Positions 59,941 to 64,000 of a DNA stretch of 64,000 nt are shown piece after piece. A model generated the notes under the pieces. The model was not told where the DNA came from. It was given only the letters and a program-made list of their open reading frames with translations, and made no database searches. The position numbers were made by a program, and so were the translations under genes. Each line of letters starts with the position of its first letter. Position 1 is the first letter of the stretch. Origin of the DNA: Streptosporangiaceae bacterium (GTDB lineage Bacteria > Actinomycetota > Actinomycetes > Streptosporangiales > Streptosporangiaceae); NCBI GenBank assembly GCA_035604275.1, contig DATNIU010000249.1:2587-66586 (forward strand), written 5' to 3'.

Positions 59941-60512
59941 TGCAGGATCCTCCCCTGCGAGTCGGTCACGATGAGCCCGTCATCGCCGAGGTTGAAGTCG
60001 CTGTTGCCGGAGTCGTCACCCATCGATGCCTCGATCACATAGACCTTCGTGCCGGTCGGGTAGTACCTGGCGGTCGGCGCGCCCTGGCCAGCGACGCCGG
60101 CCGCCACGGAGATGCCGGTCCCCTGCCTGTGCACTCCGATGGTCAGCCCGGTCTCCGCCGCCTGCGCGGCCGAGCTGGGCGTTCCCGGCCAGACCAGGAA
60201 CGAGTAGGAGGCGTAGGACTGCGAGCTCAGCTTCGGTCCGGGGGTCGGCGCGGCAGCCGCGGCCGGGCCCTGCCTCGGCGCGGCCGAGGCGCTCGGCGTC
60301 TGGCTGGGCTGCCCCGATCCGGTCGGCGCCGGGGAGCTGGCGCCCGGCGTGGCCGGGGCCGATACCGACGGTTTCGTGACGCCGAGCCCGGCCGGCGGCA
60401 GCCCGTGATGGCGCCCCTGCCAGCCGTGCGCCGCGAGGAACAGCCCGACCAGGGCGGTTACCGACAGCAGGGCCGCGCCCCGCGCGCCGACGGTCTCACC
60501 TGCGATACGCAT
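59937..60512 (-). CDS. Membrane-anchored hypothetical protein with a Pro/Ser/Ala-rich linker and a C-terminal domain of about 100 aa
   Basis: An N-terminal TM segment (LLSVTALVGLFLAA), then a low-complexity linker, then YSFLVWPGTPS...KVYVIEASMGDDSGNSDFNLGDDGLIVTDSQGRILQ. GTGA overlap with the DoxX-like gene. Confidence 0.5.
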   Translation of the reverse strand: MRIAGETVGARGAALLSVTALVGLFLAAHGWQGRHHGLPPAGLGVTKPSVSAPATPGASSPAPTGSGQPSQTPSASAAPRQGPAAAAAPTPGPKLSSQSYASYSFLVWPGTPSSAAQAAETGLTIGVHRQGTGISVAAGVAGQGAPTARYYPTGTKVYVIEASMGDDSGNSDFNLGDDGLIVTDSQGRILQ

Positions 60513-60803
60513 CCGTGCTCACGACCAATCAACGAAATCTGGACAGCCGCATGCTAACAGCAAGATCACGGCATCAAGCTGGCCCGGATCAACCCTGAAG
60601 CAAGCTCTGAGCAACCATTCAGGAAGCCCGGCCGGGACCGGGTTACCTGGCCCCGCGCTGTCCAGGATCGGGCAGGTGCCCGGGAGCGCTACGGCCGGCC
60701 GGTGCCGGGCCTGCCCTGCGACGCTCCCCGACTGCCGCGCGCACTCGCTGTGAGGAACGCGGGGATGCCCGGCCAGGTTCCCGCTGCCGGTCCGGCGGGT
60801 CCG

Positions 60804-61604
60804 CTAGGCAGCCGCGGCGGGCAGGCCGCGCACCTGACGCGGGATGCGGGTGGCTGCCTGGTGCACCGCCCGGAGCGCGACCGTGGTGCTCATGTCGGTC
60901 ACCGGGCTGCCCGGTGCCCCGTACATCCGGCGTGCCCAGCGCGGCAGGCTGGCGAACGCGAGCGTGTTGAGCGGCGGCACCACCAGCTTCAGCCCGGCGA
61001 ACGGCCAGGGAATATCCGGGTTGTAGGACCTGAGCAGCGCGCGCTTCGCCTCGTCGCAGGCATAGAGCTCCGGACGGATCCGCTGGTAGTAGGCGTCAAG
61101 CTCGGCCATGCTGCCGGGCACCGCGGCCGGGTCGAGCCCGACGACGGCCGCGCTGCGCCGCTGCTCAGCCACGAACTCGTCCAGCTCGGCGGCGGCCAGC
61201 CCCATGCCGCACCGCCTGGCGACGTCAGCGTAGGACGAGATCTCGCCGCAGTGCACCCACAGCAGCAGCTCGGGCTCGTCCAGCCGGATCACCGAGCCGT
61301 CGGCGTCTGTTCCGGTCAGCGAGGCGTGGATCTTGCGGACCCGGCGCCCGGCGCGCTCGGCCTCGGCGATCGTCCCGTAGGTCCTGACCCTGACGAACTC
61401 GGTGGTCCGGCCGAACCGGCCCCAGGCCTCCCCGGGCCGGGCGAAGGCGGTGTTCTGCCAGGTAGCTCGCATCGTGCGCGGGTGCAGCGCCTGCAGGTAC
61501 AGGGCACGGAATCCGGCGACCAAGATCACCGGCTCGCCCATGATCCGCCAGGTCACCGAGCCCGGGCCGAACAGCCCGACGGCTGGATGGGCCTGCTCAG
61601 CCAT
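60804..61604 (-). CDS. MpaB/DUF2236-family oxygenase-like protein
   Basis: GPGSVTWRIMGEPVILVAGFRALYLQALHPRTM...RVRKIHASLTG...ELLLWVH. Confidence 0.8.
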   Translation of the reverse strand: MAEQAHPAVGLFGPGSVTWRIMGEPVILVAGFRALYLQALHPRTMRATWQNTAFARPGEAWGRFGRTTEFVRVRTYGTIAEAERAGRRVRKIHASLTGTDADGSVIRLDEPELLLWVHCGEISSYADVARRCGMGLAAAELDEFVAEQRRSAAVVGLDPAAVPGSMAELDAYYQRIRPELYACDEAKRALLRSYNPDIPWPFAGLKLVVPPLNTLAFASLPRWARRMYGAPGSPVTDMSTTVALRAVHQAATRIPRQVRGLPAAAA

Positions 61605-61635
61605 CCCGGCCTCCCGCCTGCCGTGACCGCGCGTC

Positions 61636-61989
61636 CTACTCGCGCCTGGTCTCCTGAGCGATCCAGTCCAGGTAGCCGGCCGAGCCGGCCACGATCGGCG
61701 TGGCGATGACCTCCGGCTCGTCGTAGCTGTGCCGCTCGATCAGGAATTCCGCTAGCTCGGTGTAGCGGTCTGCCGGGAGCTTGAGCATGACCGTCCACTC
61801 CTCGGCCCGCTCGATCCCGTCCTCCCACCAGAACGTGCTCGCCACCGGGCCGGCGACCTGAGCGCAGGCCGCGAGCCTGGCCTGCACGGCGTCGTGGGCC
61901 AGCTCCATGGCCTCGGCCCGGGAGTCGGTCGTGGTCTGCACGTGCAGGAACCCCGTCCCGCTGGTGACTTGGTCGTGCTGGCCCGCCAT
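61636..61989 (-). CDS. cutA: Divalent-cation tolerance protein CutA
   Basis: LAACAQVAGPVASTFWWEDGIERAEEWTVMLK...HSYDEPEVIATPI. Start set to ATG 61989. Confidence 0.85.
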   Translation of the reverse strand: MAGQHDQVTSGTGFLHVQTTTDSRAEAMELAHDAVQARLAACAQVAGPVASTFWWEDGIERAEEWTVMLKLPADRYTELAEFLIERHSYDEPEVIATPIVAGSAGYLDWIAQETRRE

Positions 61990-62053
61990 ACCCCCAGATC
62001 GTACGCCGCCTGGGCGGTACCCTTTGCCAATCCTGAACCCGAGGAGGTTTGCG

Positions 62054-63094
62054 GTGGACCGTCCGCTGTGTCTCATTGTCAACCCGGCGGCCGGCAATGG
62101 CCGTTCCGCGCGCCTCCTGTCGCAGGCCACCGCCGTGCTCGAGCAGGCGGGGGTTGAGCATCAGGTTGTCGAGTCATCCAGCCTGGACCATGCGCTGGAG
62201 CTGTCCGCCCAGGCGGCTCAGCGCGGCGACGCGGTGATCGCCGTCGGCGGCGACGGCCTCGCCGGGGCGCTGGCCGGGATCGCCGCGGCCGGCGGCAGGA
62301 CCACGTACCGCCGGCCGGCTGACTACAGCTACATCGGCGCGATGTACGGGATCATCCCCACCGGCCGCGGCAACGACCTGGCCAGGATGCTCGGCATTCC
62401 CGCCGACCCGGCCGCCGCCGCCCGGGTGGTCGCCGCTGGCCAGTACCGCCAGATAGACCTGATCGGCGTCAGCCTGCCAGGCCAGCCGGAGACAATCGTG
62501 GCAGGCAGCGTGTACGTCGGCATTCCCTCCGTGGCCGGGGAGATCGCCAACGCGACCCGCATGCTCCCTGGTTCGCTGGTCTACCACGTCGCCGCCTTGC
62601 GGGCGCTGGCCCGCTGGAAGCCGGTGCAGTTCACGGTGTCAGTCTCGCTGCCGGTCCCGGCACAGGGCACCGACACCGCTCACAGCGATGCCGACGGCAC
62701 CTGGACCAGCCTGGCCGAGAGCACGACCAGGCACAGCGTGCATAAGTTCGAGGGCTATGCCGTGATTGTCGCCAACAACGCGTTCTTCGGCGCCGGGATG
62801 AAGGTCGCCCCGCCTGCCCTGATCGACGACGGCGTGCTGGACATCGTCCTCATGCGCAAGGCGCCCAAGCTCACCTTCGTCCGGGCGCTGCTCAAGGTGA
62901 AGAACGGCACTCACGTCACCCTGCCCCAGGTCGACCTGGACCGCGGCGCCGAGGTGACGCTAGCCATGAGCCGCGACATGCCAGCCGCCGCCGACGGCGA
63001 GCCGCTGGCCTGCGCCGCGCCGCTGGCGGCCGACGCGGCGCTCCGCATCCGGGTGCTGCCCGGCGCGCTGCGCGTCTATGTTCCAGGAAGCTGA
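62054..63094 (+). CDS. Diacylglycerol kinase-family lipid kinase (YegS/LCB5-like)
   Basis: CLIVNPAAGNGRS...VIAVGGDGLAG...GIIPTGRGNDLARMLG. GTG 62054 lies 6 nt after GAGGAGG. Confidence 0.85.
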   Translation: MDRPLCLIVNPAAGNGRSARLLSQATAVLEQAGVEHQVVESSSLDHALELSAQAAQRGDAVIAVGGDGLAGALAGIAAAGGRTTYRRPADYSYIGAMYGIIPTGRGNDLARMLGIPADPAAAARVVAAGQYRQIDLIGVSLPGQPETIVAGSVYVGIPSVAGEIANATRMLPGSLVYHVAALRALARWKPVQFTVSVSLPVPAQGTDTAHSDADGTWTSLAESTTRHSVHKFEGYAVIVANNAFFGAGMKVAPPALIDDGVLDIVLMRKAPKLTFVRALLKVKNGTHVTLPQVDLDRGAEVTLAMSRDMPAAADGEPLACAAPLAADAALRIRVLPGALRVYVPGS

Positions 63095-63167
63095 CAACCT
63101 GCCTGGTCAATACGCGGTTCGATAGCGGAAAATCATGATGGGTTGCGGAATCCACCAGGCGCGGACC

Positions 63168-63926
63168 TCAGCCGGAGGATGGCTGGTCCCGGTGGCCGCC
63201 CAGGAATGACGTGACGAATGCCGGGCTGGCGCTCAGCTCGGCCGGTGTCCCTTCCATCCTCAGCTCGCCGCCGCCCAGCACGTACGTGCGATCGGAGACC
63301 GCGAGCACCGCCCTGGCGCGCTGCTCGACGATCAGCACCGCGGCGCCGCGGGTGGCGAGGCTCTTCACCTGCTCGTCCAGGATGGAGCGGGCGATCGCCG
63401 GGGCCAGGTTGGCCGTCGGCTCGTCAAGCAGGAAGACGGCCGGCTTGAGCATCAGCACCCGGCCCATGGCCAGCATCTTGCGCTCGCCGCCGCTGAGCTT
63501 CCCGGCAGGGCGGCGGAGCATGGTCCCGAGTCTGGGAAAGACCGTGAGCACGTGCTCGATCCGCTCCGGCACCTGCCGGTGATGCAGCAGGTAGCCGCCC
63601 ATCTCCAGGTTCTCCCTGACGGTCAGCGGCGCGAACACGTCATCGACCTGCGGCACGTAGCCCACGCCCGCCCGGGCCATCTCCTCGGGCGCGATGTTGG
63701 TCACGTCCCGGTCGCCGATGCGCACCTGACCGGAGGTAATCCGCAGCACGCCGATCATCGCCTTGAGCAGGGTGCTCTTGCCCGAGCCGTTCGGGCCGAC
63801 CACGGAGACCACCTCGCCGGGCTCGGCACGGACCGTTACTCCCCTGACCACCGGGTCGCCGCCGTATCCGGCGGTGACTCCCTCGGCGTGCAGCGCTGCC
63901 CGCCGCTCGGGGCCCTCAGCCGACAA
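63168..63926 (-). CDS. Branched-chain amino acid ABC transporter ATP-binding protein, LivF type
   Basis: GPNGSGKSTLLKAM, VGYVPQ, LSGGERKMLAMGR, FLLDEPT. Confidence 0.9.
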   Translation of the reverse strand: MSAEGPERRAALHAEGVTAGYGGDPVVRGVTVRAEPGEVVSVVGPNGSGKSTLLKAMIGVLRITSGQVRIGDRDVTNIAPEEMARAGVGYVPQVDDVFAPLTVRENLEMGGYLLHHRQVPERIEHVLTVFPRLGTMLRRPAGKLSGGERKMLAMGRVLMLKPAVFLLDEPTANLAPAIARSILDEQVKSLATRGAAVLIVEQRARAVLAVSDRTYVLGGGELRMEGTPAELSASPAFVTSFLGGHRDQPSSG

Positions 63927-64000
63927 GGTATGCCTCCACGACCTCGGTCCGGTCTCGCAGTTCGCCCATCGTGCCCTGAGCCAGGACGCTGCCCTCGGCC
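63916..64000 (-). CDS. C-terminal end of a LivG-type ABC ATP-binding protein (5' part outside the window)
   Basis: Own translation: AEGSVLAQGTMGELRDRTEVVEAYLVG-stop, overlapping the LivF-type start. Confidence 0.6.
   Translation of the reverse strand, partial: AEGSVLAQGTMGELRDRTEVVEAYLVG

Overview
High-GC (roughly 70% or more by eye) actinomycete-type chromosomal segment, densely coding on both strands. All family calls come from reading motifs in the translations; no searches were run. Many long ORFs in the track are antisense or shadow ORFs typical of GC-rich DNA and were discarded.

Layout:
- 1-9.5 kb: housekeeping and accessory genes. These are an MFS efflux pump, panB, an F420-type G6PDH-family LLM oxidoreductase, RelE/Phd and HicAB toxin-antitoxin pairs, a mini GntR, two tandem double-YbjQ-domain proteins, an unlisted 58-aa ORF and map.
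- 9.7-37.2 kb: a large purine-linked block. It holds adenine deaminase, an NCS1 permease, a BMP-type ABC importer, three xanthine-dehydrogenase-family Mo enzymes plus a short FAD subunit, two fold-type II PLP enzymes, an SsnA-like amidohydrolase, an LLM oxidoreductase, two non-canonical carbamoyltransferases, carbamate kinase and a hydantoinase. It resembles the enteric ygeW-ssnA-xdhD region rather than the uricase/allantoin route. This is my main candidate for a poorly described system.
- 37.4-39.1 kb: a decayed toxin-antitoxin/recombinase islet.
- 40.0-54.5 kb: a second coherent unit of unknown substrate. It contains a GntR/FCD regulator, a shared GTCGACAATCGAC promoter motif, two tandem DUF4438-like genes, three Gfo/Idh/MocA enzymes, an SDR, a D-2-hydroxyacid dehydrogenase, a DapA-like gene and a split peptide-type ABC importer.
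- 54.6-64 kb: MMPL transporter, histidine phosphatase, a serpin lipoprotein operon, MpaB-like protein, CutA, a DAG-kinase-family lipid kinase and LivF/LivG ATPases.

No rRNA, tRNA, CRISPR array or intact mobile element was seen. Short perfect tandem duplications (13-33 bp units) are unusually frequent, both in promoters and at gene termini.
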